Shown here piece by piece: positions 1-8,636 of a stretch of DNA of 55,863 bases. Position 1 is the stretch's first letter, and each line of letters starts with the position of its first letter. The notes below the pieces were generated by a model. It had not been told where the DNA came from, did no database searches, and saw only the letters and a program-made list of their open reading frames with translations. The position numbers and the translations under genes were made by a program. Source of the stretch: an uncultured virus (IMG/VR IMGVR_UViG_3300037507_003964). Lineage: Duplodnaviria; Heunggongvirae; Uroviricota; Caudoviricetes. The stretch lies in the IMG/VR virus record IMGVR_UViG_3300037507_003964. One strand, given 5' to 3'.

Positions 1-237
1 TCGCATCTGTTCAGCAAAGTCACGGTCAGCAGGTGTTAGGTTTTCTTCTGGTGTGATAATGAACTTACCTGCGTCCCAGTCAAAACCCATACCAATGTGT
101 TTGATCTTAACTGTAGGATGAGCACCTACAGTAGAATATGGAAGTTTAATTTGAATGACAACTTCTGGATCTTCACGCACCATTCGTTCTTCATTGTGAT
201 GAGCATTCACCAATCGATGTAGTTCACTGAGTTTCAT
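1..237 (-). CDS. hypothetical protein (3' partial, runs off window)
   Basis: Hand-translated from ATG at 237: MKLSELHRLVNAHHNEERMVREDPEVVIQIKLPYS...; open to the window edge. Confidence 0.6.
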   Translation of the reverse strand, partial: MKLSELHRLVNAHHNEERMVREDPEVVIQIKLPYSTVGAHPTVKIKHIGMGFDWDAGKFIITPEENLTPADRDFAEQMR

Positions 238-446
238 TACCATTGATCCTTTTCAAGCCATTCTTCAGCATCTTCAATGTTATCGAAAATTTCACCATGT
301 TGACGGTACCGATCTTCACATGGACCACACACAGCCTGATATGCAATGGCTTTATTCCCTTCGCGGTCATTTGCTTTGGTCATAACATTATGCACATGAT
401 AAAAGTCATCAACTTCATGCCCACATGATAGCACAATGTTACTCAT
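237..446 (-). CDS. hypothetical protein, possible Zn-binding (CGH...CGPC)
   Basis: ORF track; start/stop overlaps with neighbours. Confidence 0.6.
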   Translation of the reverse strand: MSNIVLSCGHEVDDFYHVHNVMTKANDREGNKAIAYQAVCGPCEDRYRQHGEIFDNIEDAEEWLEKDQW

Positions 447-676
447 TTGTCAACCTCAAACCAGTTACTAATATGTTGTTTAGCACCAACGGCTCCATAT
501 GATTGTTCCTTAAGCCCATGGGTAAGCAATCCAACTTCAGCCACTTCACACATTCGCATACATTCTCGCACAATCAACTCGGCGAACTTTACAGGATCCA
601 GTTCACCTGCAACATAGTCACCGTTGCTTTCCAGCACTAGTGCTTGATCATAAAGTTCTCGAATTCGTTCGTTCAT
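443..676 (-). CDS. small phage protein, MNERIREL...FAELIVREC family (copy 1)
   Basis: Motifs shared with three other ORFs in 1.4-3.4 kb. Confidence 0.7.
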   Translation of the reverse strand: MNERIRELYDQALVLESNGDYVAGELDPVKFAELIVRECMRMCEVAEVGLLTHGLKEQSYGAVGAKQHISNWFEVDK

Positions 677-677
677 T

Positions 678-887
678 TTATCGTCCCACTGTTTGAATAC
701 GCAGGTTCAGTGCTTGTTCAGCATCAACCAAAGCATCTACACGATTGATCAGTTCTCTATAATCAGGTCTTAGGTGACGACGATGAGTTAGTCGGCGTTC
801 CAATTCTGCACAATCGACTAAATGATCCCGCAGACCTTTGAGGGCACTGACTAGATCGTCTCGTGTGTCAAATGTTAGATCGCTCAT
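678..887 (-). CDS. hypothetical protein
   Basis: ORF track; start moved to MSDLTF at 887. Confidence 0.55.
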   Translation of the reverse strand: MSDLTFDTRDDLVSALKGLRDHLVDCAELERRLTHRRHLRPDYRELINRVDALVDAEQALNLRIQTVGR

Positions 888-1027
888 CACACAAACTCCC
901 AAAACAATTTCGGATTCATTTTACGGCGTTGGGTCCAATAGGGAATTGCCCAAGCAAGATTAGTCTCAATCACAATAGGGGTCATTTCACACATAAGATT
1001 CTGTTTACGACTTGCATACACTTTCAT
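887..1027 (-). CDS. hypothetical protein
   Basis: Start moved to MKVYASRK (1027), after AAGGAG and the promoter at 1064-1092. Confidence 0.5.
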   Translation of the reverse strand: MKVYASRKQNLMCEMTPIVIETNLAWAIPYWTQRRKMNPKLFWEFV

Positions 1028-1063
1028 CAACACAAACTGCTCCTTGTCATTCACTATACCGAT

Positions 1064-1092
1064 ATTATAGCAAAAAGCGGTATACCTGTCAA
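1064..1092 (-). promoter_or_regulatory. sigma70-type early promoter TTGACA-N17-TATAAT
   Basis: Perfect consensus on minus strand (tgtcaa 1087-1092, attata 1064-1069). Confidence 0.85.
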
Positions 1093-1104
1093 GCAAAAGT
1101 TAAG

Positions 1105-1122
1105 TGTTGTATTCGTGCAACA
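1105..1122. promoter_or_regulatory. TGTTG-N8-CAACA palindrome (putative operator)
   Basis: tgttg tattcgtg caaca, just upstream of the -35 box; motif recurs at other early promoters. Confidence 0.65.
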
Positions 1123-1386
1123 CTATTCAGAACCACTGTCGGGGCTTGTTTTCCCATCAGGTCCACTAATGTCATACCGACCACCACATTTGCCACAGTA
1201 GAACCAAGACCAACCAAAGCCATTGTCGTGGTATTTACCGCCTCGGTGTCCTTCAAGAAAACAATCACGAAGCAATTGTTTCTTAGCAGGCAAGTAGACA
1301 GTATTGTCATACTCAGCCAGGAGTTCTTCCATCTTTAGTGCCCTAGCACGATCAATCTCACCTCGACGTTTCCAAATGTCACTCAT
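1123..1386 (-). CDS. hypothetical protein with C-terminal CxxC
   Basis: ORF track. Confidence 0.6.
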   Translation of the reverse strand: MSDIWKRRGEIDRARALKMEELLAEYDNTVYLPAKKQLLRDCFLEGHRGGKYHDNGFGWSWFYCGKCGGRYDISGPDGKTSPDSGSE

Positions 1387-1546
1387 ACTTAACGCCCATA
1401 TGGTTTAGAATACGCATACAGTCATCGCTTAAACATTGATTAGCACATTCCCTAACAATCAACTCGGCGAACAATTCTAAATCAATATGCACATTGTAGA
1501 ATTCATTATGGGATTCTTCAGCAAGTTCTCGAATTCGTTCGTTCAT
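1379..1546 (-). CDS. small phage protein, MNERIREL family (copy 2; not in ORF track)
   Basis: Hand translation, 55 aa: MNERIRELAEESHNEFYNVHIDLELFAELIVRECANQCLSDDCMRILNHMGVKYE. Confidence 0.7.
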   Translation of the reverse strand: MNERIRELAEESHNEFYNVHIDLELFAELIVRECANQCLSDDCMRILNHMGVKYE

Positions 1547-1887
1547 ACATCATCCTCGCCACAAAAAACTTTTGTAAGGTCAGCAATGTTATAACCTTTC
1601 AAGCTTAGTTTGCTTCTTGCCGGAATATTACCTCGCACATATTCATACTTGACAAACTTTCCCAAGCCTTCATCAATTTCTTTCACAGTCTTTCCATGCC
1701 ATACTTTGCCAAGAATGTATTTGACTTTTACCCACTTTACGTTGTTCTCAGGAGTACCTGAATACTCGCTTTTAAAACTGTAGTAATCACTGTGACCTCC
1801 ACCCATAGAAACAATATTTAATGGACGGCACCAATCTTCTGGATCAATAACATCATTGTCTTCAAGCATTTGAATGGAGATCATCAT
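1543..1887 (-). CDS. hypothetical protein
   Basis: ORF track; start moved to MMISIQ. Confidence 0.6.
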   Translation of the reverse strand: MMISIQMLEDNDVIDPEDWCRPLNIVSMGGGHSDYYSFKSEYSGTPENNVKWVKVKYILGKVWHGKTVKEIDEGLGKFVKYEYVRGNIPARSKLSLKGYNIADLTKVFCGEDDV

Positions 1888-2084
1888 TCGACTCCGAAAT
1901 GTTTCTTTAGGTCCTCGATGCATCGACGGACTTCCATGTCCTCGCGGTTCAGGTCGCCCATGTACCGCTTCTGAACTACGCCGATAGCCTCATTTACGAT
2001 AAGGTCGGCGAATTTTTCGGCATCGAACACCGTAGGAAAATTCTTCCAACTCTCCATCATCAATTCTCGAATCCGTTCATTCAC
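1884..2084 (-). CDS. small phage protein, MNERIREL family (copy 3, GTG start)
   Basis: NERIREL...FADLIV...KKHFGVE. Confidence 0.7.
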   Translation of the reverse strand: MNERIRELMMESWKNFPTVFDAEKFADLIVNEAIGVVQKRYMGDLNREDMEVRRCIEDLKKHFGVE

Positions 2085-2257
2085 TTTACAATCTCTCTGC
2101 AATATTTAACAGCATCAGTATACAGCATGGTGCCATTCTTGTCAAGACAGTTGTTGTAAATACGCATCTTTTCCAACTTACCACCAATAACAATTAGTAA
2201 AACAATAGCCGCAAGTGTTAAACCTGTTACGGGAAAGACCCACCAATTATCATTCAT
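2081..2257 (-). CDS. small membrane protein
   Basis: N-terminal hydrophobic helix. Confidence 0.55.
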   Translation of the reverse strand: MNDNWWVFPVTGLTLAAIVLLIVIGGKLEKMRIYNNCLDKNGTMLYTDAVKYCREIVK

Positions 2258-2456
2258 CTTCACACCTCGGTCCATGTTCAAGGTAATCTTTCATAAAAAC
2301 ATCATTATGTTCTAGGTAGAACTTATGATATTCCCAGCCTTTGCGAAAAGTCTCAAATCTAATTCCCGCAAGTCTCATACCTTCTTCAGTCATAGGTACA
2401 GCATATGCTTCGGAGTCTCGCCATGCATCGTGGATCAGTTGTTCTTGTTCGTTCAT
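2250..2456 (-). CDS. hypothetical protein
   Basis: ORF track; start moved to MNEQEQ. Confidence 0.5.
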   Translation of the reverse strand: MNEQEQLIHDAWRDSEAYAVPMTEEGMRLAGIRFETFRKGWEYHKFYLEHNDVFMKDYLEHGPRCEDE

Positions 2457-2736
2457 TTTCAATCCAATTGTAAAAGTTGATAGTTTGATCGGTACTATTT
2501 GCCCAACGATCAAACTCATTTAATGGGCAACTAATGTCAACAAAGAAATCAGGAAATGCCCAGTAGCGAAAACGATACATGCGGCTGCCTTTCTTTGCAA
2601 TAGCACCCCATTTGAAAAAATCACGGCGAACCTTGTAGCCAAGCTTTTTTAGTAGAGTCTTGAATTGACTTGCACTCATGCCAAACAGTTGCTCGCGGCG
2701 AGGTTTTTGTGATCGATATTTGAACTTCACTTCCAC
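2386..2736 (-). CDS. hypothetical basic protein
   Basis: ORF track. Confidence 0.5.
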   Translation of the reverse strand: MEVKFKYRSQKPRREQLFGMSASQFKTLLKKLGYKVRRDFFKWGAIAKKGSRMYRFRYWAFPDFFVDISCPLNEFDRWANSTDQTINFYNWIENERTRTTDPRCMARLRSICCTYD

Positions 2737-2951
2737 ATATCCTTAGAAAAGATAGGTTGACAATGCTCACCAAGTTTATTCATGTCACTAACCATTTCCA
2801 TATCCGATTCAAAGGGATAGTGCCGCAGAAGCGACCGAGCGCGATCCCGAACCTCTTTGGGAACTCGCGGAGTCTTAGACGGAATGAGAAGGTCAAAGAG
2901 AAACTCACGGGTTGAATTAACTGCCCGGAGTCTTTCGAATGGTAGAGTCAT
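2727..2951 (-). CDS. BPSL0761-family small protein
   Basis: MTLPxERxRAV...PRVPKEVRxRARxLLRHYP pattern. Confidence 0.65.
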   Translation of the reverse strand: MTLPFERLRAVNSTREFLFDLLIPSKTPRVPKEVRDRARSLLRHYPFESDMEMVSDMNKLGEHCQPIFSKDMWK

Positions 2952-3052
2952 GTTGAAAAATAACCTATAATGTAAAAGGAACCTTTAGTGTATGACCATT
3001 CACAATCTCGTGCTGTGACCGTAAACAATGGTTTCTTATCACTCATTTTCAT
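2948..3052 (-). pseudogene. probable truncated release-factor-like (GGQ) peptidyl-tRNA hydrolase fragment
   Basis: MKMSDKKPLFTVTARDCEWSYTKGS resembles the segment just before GxGGQ in phage RF-1-domain proteins; then unrelated residues and a stop. Confidence 0.4.
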
Positions 3053-3112
3053 CTCTCATTTCAAAAACGTAATGCCCACAACCACCGGGTATATACCGAA
3101 CTCGGAAGTGAG

Positions 3113-3340
3113 TCATTCTTCAACTCCAAAATGTTTCTTGATTGCCCGAGAACAATCGTGGGTACCTCTTGCCCATTCTGAACTCATTTTATGATCGAGC
3201 AACAGATCACATTGGTTGGCACACTCCCCCACAATCAACTTGGCAAACCGTTCGAGTTCTTCTTCTGTAAAAACCCACTTCTCGCTAGCGATGTTCTCTA
3301 CTAGCGCATCTAAAGCTAAATCTCTAATTCGTTCGTTCAT
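3113..3340 (-). CDS. small phage protein, MNERIREL family (copy 4)
   Basis: MNERIRDLA...FAKLIVGECANQC...IKKHFGVEE. Confidence 0.7.
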   Translation of the reverse strand: MNERIRDLALDALVENIASEKWVFTEEELERFAKLIVGECANQCDLLLDHKMSSEWARGTHDCSRAIKKHFGVEE

Positions 3341-3347
3341 AATAACC

Positions 3348-4061
3348 TCACGCAAGTTTAGCACGGATCATGGTCGTCTGCTTAGTGCCCTTGTACTCAT
3401 CATGGGACTTAACCGTAGCAGCGATCTTGACGGGGGCACCAACTTCAACTCTAAGATCCTTCCAGATGTTGACGATGTTGCCGAAGCAATCACGGAACAC
3501 GGACAGGAACATGGGCCCGAAGCTACTCATACCCATGTCCCGACCACGCACCAGCACGGCGTCAATAACCAGCTTATCGCCAGGTTGGCCCAGCCAGTTG
3601 CTGACAGGCTCTGCAGCTTTCTTAGCAGCAACCTCGGCATCAGTAGGCAGAGCAAACGGAGCCACAACAGCAGGATCACGCTGCCAAAGCAACTTCGTTT
3701 TGCTGGCATCGGGGGCCCAACCATCACGCAGGTTGCCCTTGCCGCCCACTTTGTACTGAGCAACCACGCCCAGCGTGTCCACGACAAAGACATAGAGCAC
3801 AGGGATCACGCTGCGACTGCCGTAGTCTGCCCAGCGAGTATACGCCGTGGCTTCCACAGTGACTTGGTCAGCAGCCACAGGCACGGCCCAATGGTTGGCA
3901 ACCTGCTCCCGAGTGTGACAGCTATTGAAGCGGGCGCTGTACTGTCGGAACAGGAACTGGGCCTGCTTAGCTGACTTGAAGAACCCCAGGTTCTTGTTGC
4001 ACAAGCCTTTGAGGCTGATGAACAGGTTTTGCTCATCTGGGCTAGCGAAGTCGAAACTCAT
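3348..4061 (-). CDS. hypothetical early protein, possible C-terminal OB-fold
   Basis: GC-richer ORF after an early promoter; ends in ATVKSHDEYKGTKQT. Confidence 0.65.
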   Translation of the reverse strand: MSFDFASPDEQNLFISLKGLCNKNLGFFKSAKQAQFLFRQYSARFNSCHTREQVANHWAVPVAADQVTVEATAYTRWADYGSRSVIPVLYVFVVDTLGVVAQYKVGGKGNLRDGWAPDASKTKLLWQRDPAVVAPFALPTDAEVAAKKAAEPVSNWLGQPGDKLVIDAVLVRGRDMGMSSFGPMFLSVFRDCFGNIVNIWKDLRVEVGAPVKIAATVKSHDEYKGTKQTTMIRAKLA

Positions 4062-4097
4062 CTGAATCTCCAATAAATGAATCACTCAACAGAATCA

Positions 4098-4177
4098 ATT
4101 ATACAGGACTCAGCAGAAAGTGCAACCGGTTTTTGCATGTTGCGAAAATACAACAATTTTGTTGTGTAAAAACAACA
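4098..4177 (-). promoter_or_regulatory. early promoter (GGTTGCAC...CCTGTATAAT) with tandem TGTTG-N8-CAACA boxes
   Basis: -10 at 4098-4103, TTGCAC at 4120-4125, boxes at 4138-4155 and 4160-4177. Confidence 0.7.
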
Positions 4178-4182
4178 CCTAG

Positions 4183-4500
4183 TCAAGGGGTGATCCAGCG
4201 GATATTTTCTTCGAATCTGATGTTTTCATACCCATCATACTCATCTATGACAAAGCGTCTGCCCTCAGGAACCCAGCAAATTGTCAGGTCAGAAGCTCCA
4301 TCATAGCCGCTCTCGCCGTACTTTTCCCGGCAGTATTCAATGATGGTATCTACATCCTCATCATCATCGGGGTTCTCGAGCATCGCCACGATCTTGGGAT
4401 CGAAAAGCATTTCCTCGATGCCGTACCAGGAGTACCATCCCGCGCCATATCCAGGAGAAACCAGGACGGCGACTTTACCATCACGCACCACTTTATCCAT
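4183..4500 (-). CDS. hypothetical phage protein (VAVLVSPGYGAGW motif)
   Basis: ORF track; motif recalled from other phage proteins. Confidence 0.7.
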   Translation of the reverse strand: MDKVVRDGKVAVLVSPGYGAGWYSWYGIEEMLFDPKIVAMLENPDDDEDVDTIIEYCREKYGESGYDGASDLTICWVPEGRRFVIDEYDGYENIRFEENIRWITP

Positions 4501-4873
4501 TAGATAAACTCCTGCTCAGGTACCCGAAAGGAAGCCCATTGGTATACTCAAAGTGTTCATTATCTCCGGCTAGATCTTCGGCGTCCATCAACCACCCGAT
4601 GGCACGGTCCCTGCTAGCTCCAATCTCGAGGAGTTTAGAAACTCGTTCCTCGAACCGGCAAATTGCTTCCTTCTCCGCCGCACGCTCTTCTTCCATGACC
4701 TCTTTCAACTGAATGGAGAGCGCCTCAATCTGAGCAATGAAACCTTCCAGCGTCCAATTGGAAGTGTCCACACCGCGAGGGCGAACCCCGTGGACATCTT
4801 TGTACATGTCCCACCAAGTGGCTTGCGCCTGCTCGAGGGGGGTCAACTCTTCCCAACTTTTCAGATCGCTCAT
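4493..4873 (-). CDS. hypothetical phage protein (WDMYKDVHGVRPR motif)
   Basis: ORF track; start moved to MSDLKSW. Confidence 0.7.
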   Translation of the reverse strand: MSDLKSWEELTPLEQAQATWWDMYKDVHGVRPRGVDTSNWTLEGFIAQIEALSIQLKEVMEEERAAEKEAICRFEERVSKLLEIGASRDRAIGWLMDAEDLAGDNEHFEYTNGLPFGYLSRSLSNG

Positions 4874-4906
4874 CTTTCTACGCCTTGTTGTCAATCAACA
4901 CTATGC

Positions 4907-4966
4907 ATTATACAGGTCTTGCATGAAAGTGCAACCACTTTTTTACGGTGTTGTTTTGTTACAACA
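4907..4966 (-). promoter_or_regulatory. early promoter (GGTTGCAC...CCTGTATAAT) with TGTTG-N8-CAACA box
   Basis: -10 at 4907-4912, TTGCAC at 4929-4934, box at 4949-4966. Confidence 0.7.
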
Positions 4967-5513
4967 CTCGAGAATGCCTAGGGAGCCCGGTTTTCAGGTA
5001 CTCCATCTGATCGGCAAGAATGTTGCGATTTTGCAACAGAAGGTGCTCATATAGGTTTGGAATGTAAGGGGCGTAGCACAGTTCCATGCCTGCTTCTTCT
5101 GGAGTGCGACTTCCCTTAGACATGTTGCAACCCATGCAAGAAGTGACCACATTCATCCATTTGTTTTCACCTCCTCGCGCTCGAGGTACGATATGGTCTC
5201 TTGATAAGTTTCTGTAGTTGAACTGCTTAGCACAGTAAGCACAGGTGTGCTTGTCACGACCAAAGAGGGTTCGATTAGTTAAAGACACACGACCAGAACG
5301 CTCTTTCTTGTAGGCAGATGTATCTACTGCAATGATTGAATGTGTGGTTACTGAGGAACGCTCTCCAGTTTTGCGCTGTATACCTCCGTAAAGAGTTCTT
5401 ACAGGTTCACCTAGCGTCCAAGAAACTTTTCCTGTTGTGTAGTAAGAGACAGCTTCTTTGATAGTCAACCATTCACGCGGCATACCTGCAATGTCAAGTG
5501 AAAGGATTTGCAT
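4959..5513 (-). CDS. HNH endonuclease (McrA-like)
   Basis: RDKHTCAYC...SRDHIVPRARGG...WMNVVTSCMGCN. Confidence 0.9.
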   Translation of the reverse strand: MQILSLDIAGMPREWLTIKEAVSYYTTGKVSWTLGEPVRTLYGGIQRKTGERSSVTTHSIIAVDTSAYKKERSGRVSLTNRTLFGRDKHTCAYCAKQFNYRNLSRDHIVPRARGGENKWMNVVTSCMGCNMSKGSRTPEEAGMELCYAPYIPNLYEHLLLQNRNILADQMEYLKTGLPRHSRVL

Positions 5514-5545
5514 AGTTCACTCCATGAACAAATACAAGTATTTAT

Positions 5546-5620
5546 TGGCCTCGGTGTACGGACTCGAACCGCATCTTTTGATTTTGGAGATCAACGTGCT
5601 GCCATTAACACTACACCGAG
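5546..5620 (-). tRNA. tRNA-Trp(CCA)
   Basis: Acceptor CTCGGTG/CACCGAG, anticodon arm TTGAT-CTCCAAA-ATCAA, encoded CCA. Confidence 0.9.
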
Positions 5621-5622
5621 AT

Positions 5623-5698
5623 TGGCCTGCCCGGCAGGAATCGAACCTGCGACCCACAGCTTAGAAGGCTGTTGTTCTATCCGCTGAACTACGGGCAG
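5623..5698 (-). tRNA. tRNA-Arg(TCT)
   Basis: Canonical cloverleaf, ACAGC-CTTCTAA-GCTGT, CCA end. Confidence 0.93.
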
Positions 5699-5992
5699 TT
5701 ATTTGTTGTCAGTAACTAAGAAGATGTTCTTGTCAGGAAAGCGTGTCTTGGTGTTCTCTAGAGCTTCTTGCTCGCTAAAGCCCTGAGCTACAAACTCCTC
5801 TTCCTCAAAAGTGTGAACTAGAAAGTAAGTTTTTCCCGATTGTTCAACTTGTTCTATAGTTACAAATTTGGTGTTTTTTCTTGCTTCTTCAAAAAACAAT
5901 TGATCAGATTGTTCCTTCACCTCTTGACTCCTACGAAGAAAGTATAGTGTGAGAAGAAAGACGAAGACCTGCAAGACAATTTCGAAGAACAT
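5699..5992 (-). CDS. hypothetical membrane-anchored protein
   Basis: N-terminal TM helix; sigma70 promoter upstream. Confidence 0.65.
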   Translation of the reverse strand: MFFEIVLQVFVFLLTLYFLRRSQEVKEQSDQLFFEEARKNTKFVTIEQVEQSGKTYFLVHTFEEEEFVAQGFSEQEALENTKTRFPDKNIFLVTDNK

Positions 5993-6013
5993 AGGGGCTC
6001 CTTTGTTTTATGT

Positions 6014-6042
6014 ATCATAAATGGACTAGCTTCTCCTGTCAA
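6014..6042 (-). promoter_or_regulatory. sigma70 promoter TTGACA-N17-TATGAT
   Basis: tgtcaa 6037-6042, atcata 6014-6019. Confidence 0.7.
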
Positions 6043-6058
6043 GCGTAAGTAAAACTTT

Positions 6059-6092
6059 TATAAATACATGGTACTTATAAGGAGGTACCATG
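6059..6092 (+). promoter_or_regulatory. T4 late promoter TATAAATA plus start-codon-sequestering hairpin
   Basis: TATAAATA 6059-6066; CATGGTAC (6067-74) pairs with GTACCATG (6085-92). Confidence 0.75.
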
Positions 6093-6635
6093 ACAAAAAA
6101 GCTAGCGTCGCTACTTTTTGTTATGTCTACATGCGCTCTCGCTCAAACTGATGTGATTGTAACTGATTCTACTTCAAAAAGTACAGTAGATTCTAGAACA
6201 ACCAGTATCAATGAGACTACTGTAAAGTCTCCACCACCTTCTGCTATATCTCCGTCAATGACTATTCTGAACAATGATATCTGTACTACAGGTGTCAGTG
6301 GGTCAGTTCAGACACAGATTCTGGGGATATCGGGAGGATCAACTATCAGAGATCTCAACTGTGAAAGGTTAAAACTCGCAAAATCTCTCTTTGACATGGG
6401 TATGAAAGTGGCAGCAGTTTCTACACTTTGCCAAGATCACCGAGTGTTTACATCTATGATGGATGCAGGAACACCCTGTCCTATTGATGGAAAAATAGGT
6501 GATGAGGCGAAAAGAATCTGGGATGCAAGTCCAGAGCGTAAACCACAACCAATGAAAGAACAAAACAATGCAAGTTTCTGGCAAAAAGTTTCTGCTGGGC
6601 TTGGCACTCTTCTTCTCATCGCTCTCATACTCTAA
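6090..6635 (+). CDS. exported protein with signal peptide, Cys-containing core and C-terminal TM anchor
   Basis: Signal-like N-terminus (ALA/Q), Ser/Thr-rich linker, four core Cys, hydrophobic C-terminus. Confidence 0.75.
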   Translation: MTKKLASLLFVMSTCALAQTDVIVTDSTSKSTVDSRTTSINETTVKSPPPSAISPSMTILNNDICTTGVSGSVQTQILGISGGSTIRDLNCERLKLAKSLFDMGMKVAAVSTLCQDHRVFTSMMDAGTPCPIDGKIGDEAKRIWDASPERKPQPMKEQNNASFWQKVSAGLGTLLLIALIL

Positions 6636-8022
6636 CGCTCAGGATATTCAAACAACCCCCAATCTAATTCAGCCGAATGGCTGGCAGGGGTGTTTGGATC
6701 AGTTCAGCGGAATGATTTGGGGAGGAACAAGGGGAGGTCCTTGCCCTGTACAGCGCTCAGGTGACGGTGCTATACTGTTTAGTTACGGTACCACCACACT
6801 AAATCAATCAGTTGCAATCAACCAAGCACTAAGCGGGACGGGGATACAAGTGCGTGGGTATGATTACAGTTGGAATATCAAGAATGCAAACGCAGGTGCT
6901 GCTGGTCAATCCCATGAAGCAGACCCGCTTCAGATAACAGTCGCCCTTACTAATTCAAATGGAAATACTTTAGAATCAAAGACATATGACTATTCTTATA
7001 GAATATTTAATTGGACAACTTATTCGGGTTCACAAACATTTGAAAATCGTTATTCTTTATCAGAGGTAGATAGGTTAAACATTGCCATTAGGGGGTCTGA
7101 TAGGGGGTATTGGGCAGGTTACTATGGGTCTGAGATAAGAAATATTGATGTAAGATTACGCTATTCTTTAGATCCGTGTGCATTAAATCCTTTGTCATCA
7201 CCTTCTTGCTCAGGATTTGCTGAAGCATTTAAGTTACAACAATGCACCGCTAACCCATTATTTGATTCATCTTGTCCAGGATATTCACAAGCGTATTTTA
7301 CACAACAATGTACAGCTAACCCTCTTTATAATGCAGGTTGCCAGGGATATGCACAGGCGTTCTTTAATCAGCAATGTTCTATTAATGTATTTTACAACCC
7401 ACAGTGTCCCGGGTATCAACAAGCATACCAACAAAAAATACAGGAAGACGCTTGTAAAGCCAATCCACAAAGTAATCCTCAATGTGCAGGATTTACACCT
7501 GTTGTAGTTGTGACACAATCTACACAACCTGAAGTTGTTATTCAGCAAGATCCTGTTGCATTAGTAACTGAAGTTCCTGTGACACCTGATGTGATAGTCA
7601 ACCAAGTCATAGCTCCCCCAAAACCTTTACCTAAAGAAGTTAATGAAACAAAAGAACAATCGTTAGGTACTGGAATAATCATTCCAGGATTGAGAATAAC
7701 ATTACTAGATTCTAGAAGGCAAAGTAGACAAACAGAAAATTCAAATCAAGCTTTAAGACAACCTCTTCCTACAACAAGGGAGACACAAGTTAGAAGAGCA
7801 GATCCACAATCACAACAGCAGGCGCAAGTGATGGCAGAAATAGGAACTGTGCCTGGATTCGAAACGTATCTAAACGCTCCGCTACCTGATGCACAATTTT
7901 ATCCCTCTAGTGTTATTTACCGAGGTAATGTGATAAACGATAATGCAAGAGCACAAAGAGCATTGAGTCAAAGGAGCGACAGGCTACATAAGGAGATGGT
8001 AGATGAGCAATACAGAAGATAA
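6568..8022 (+). CDS. exported protein with putative lectin-like domain and Cys repeats
   Basis: Signal peptide; GSDRGYWAGYYG motif; about five 22-aa CxxNPL...CxGY repeats. Confidence 0.75.
   Translation: MQVSGKKFLLGLALFFSSLSYSNAQDIQTTPNLIQPNGWQGCLDQFSGMIWGGTRGGPCPVQRSGDGAILFSYGTTTLNQSVAINQALSGTGIQVRGYDYSWNIKNANAGAAGQSHEADPLQITVALTNSNGNTLESKTYDYSYRIFNWTTYSGSQTFENRYSLSEVDRLNIAIRGSDRGYWAGYYGSEIRNIDVRLRYSLDPCALNPLSSPSCSGFAEAFKLQQCTANPLFDSSCPGYSQAYFTQQCTANPLYNAGCQGYAQAFFNQQCSINVFYNPQCPGYQQAYQQKIQEDACKANPQSNPQCAGFTPVVVVTQSTQPEVVIQQDPVALVTEVPVTPDVIVNQVIAPPKPLPKEVNETKEQSLGTGIIIPGLRITLLDSRRQSRQTENSNQALRQPLPTTRETQVRRADPQSQQQAQVMAEIGTVPGFETYLNAPLPDAQFYPSSVIYRGNVINDNARAQRALSQRSDRLHKEMVDEQYRR
7170..7500 (+). 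repeat. ~66-bp / 22-aa Cys-pair tandem coding repeat
   Basis: CALNPLSSPSCSGF / CTANPLFDSSCPGY / CTANPLYNAGCQGY / CSINVFYNPQCPGY / CKANPQSNPQCAGF. Confidence 0.8.
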
Positions 8023-8635
8023 AAATCTAAACAAAAAAGTAGACGATCTAGAGGCTGCTGCAAAGAAGTACGCCAGCAAAGACACCGTTATCAGCATTGG
8101 GGGATATAGTTTTACTCCCGCAAAACTTATGATTGCATTTGGTATTGTATCATCATTGATTGGTGGACTCTATGGAGTCTTTGAGACATATAAAGATTAC
8201 ATGGGCATGAAGAAGAAGATTGCTGAGTATGTTGCCCCTGACTTTAGTGAGTATGAAACACGCATTATTAAGTTAGAAGAGAACAGCGAGAAAGTGGTTG
8301 GTTACACTCGAGATATCAACACCAACCTGAAAGCTGACATTCGTAGAGTAGAAACTGTTTTGGAGAGTATCGAGCGAGGATATAAAACTGCTCAGCGTGA
8401 AGTTGAGAAAGATATTAACGACATTCGCAGACAGGTCGATGGCGAGATAAAAGAAATTCGCAGAGGTGTTGATGCTCAAGTTCGAGAGATGCAGAAACAA
8501 GTGGATGGAACTGTTCAAACCGTTAATGAAAGAGTCAACAGAATAGAGCGTGATACTGCAAGCGAACTTAGAACTATTAGAAGAGATGTTGATGACAAGA
8601 TCAAGAAAGCTCTCGACAATCCTTTAGCGAACTAA
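8003..8635 (+). CDS. single-TM coiled-coil protein
   Basis: One hydrophobic helix then amphipathic ~11-residue repeats (IRRQVDGEIKEIRRGVD). Confidence 0.75.
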   Translation: MSNTEDKNLNKKVDDLEAAAKKYASKDTVISIGGYSFTPAKLMIAFGIVSSLIGGLYGVFETYKDYMGMKKKIAEYVAPDFSEYETRIIKLEENSEKVVGYTRDINTNLKADIRRVETVLESIERGYKTAQREVEKDINDIRRQVDGEIKEIRRGVDAQVREMQKQVDGTVQTVNERVNRIERDTASELRTIRRDVDDKIKKALDNPLAN

Positions 8636-8636
8636 C

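Noticed and set aside
3216..3974. 252-aa plus-strand ORF
   Set aside because: Antisense shadow of the GC-richer minus-strand gene 3348-4061; no motif or plus-strand promoter.
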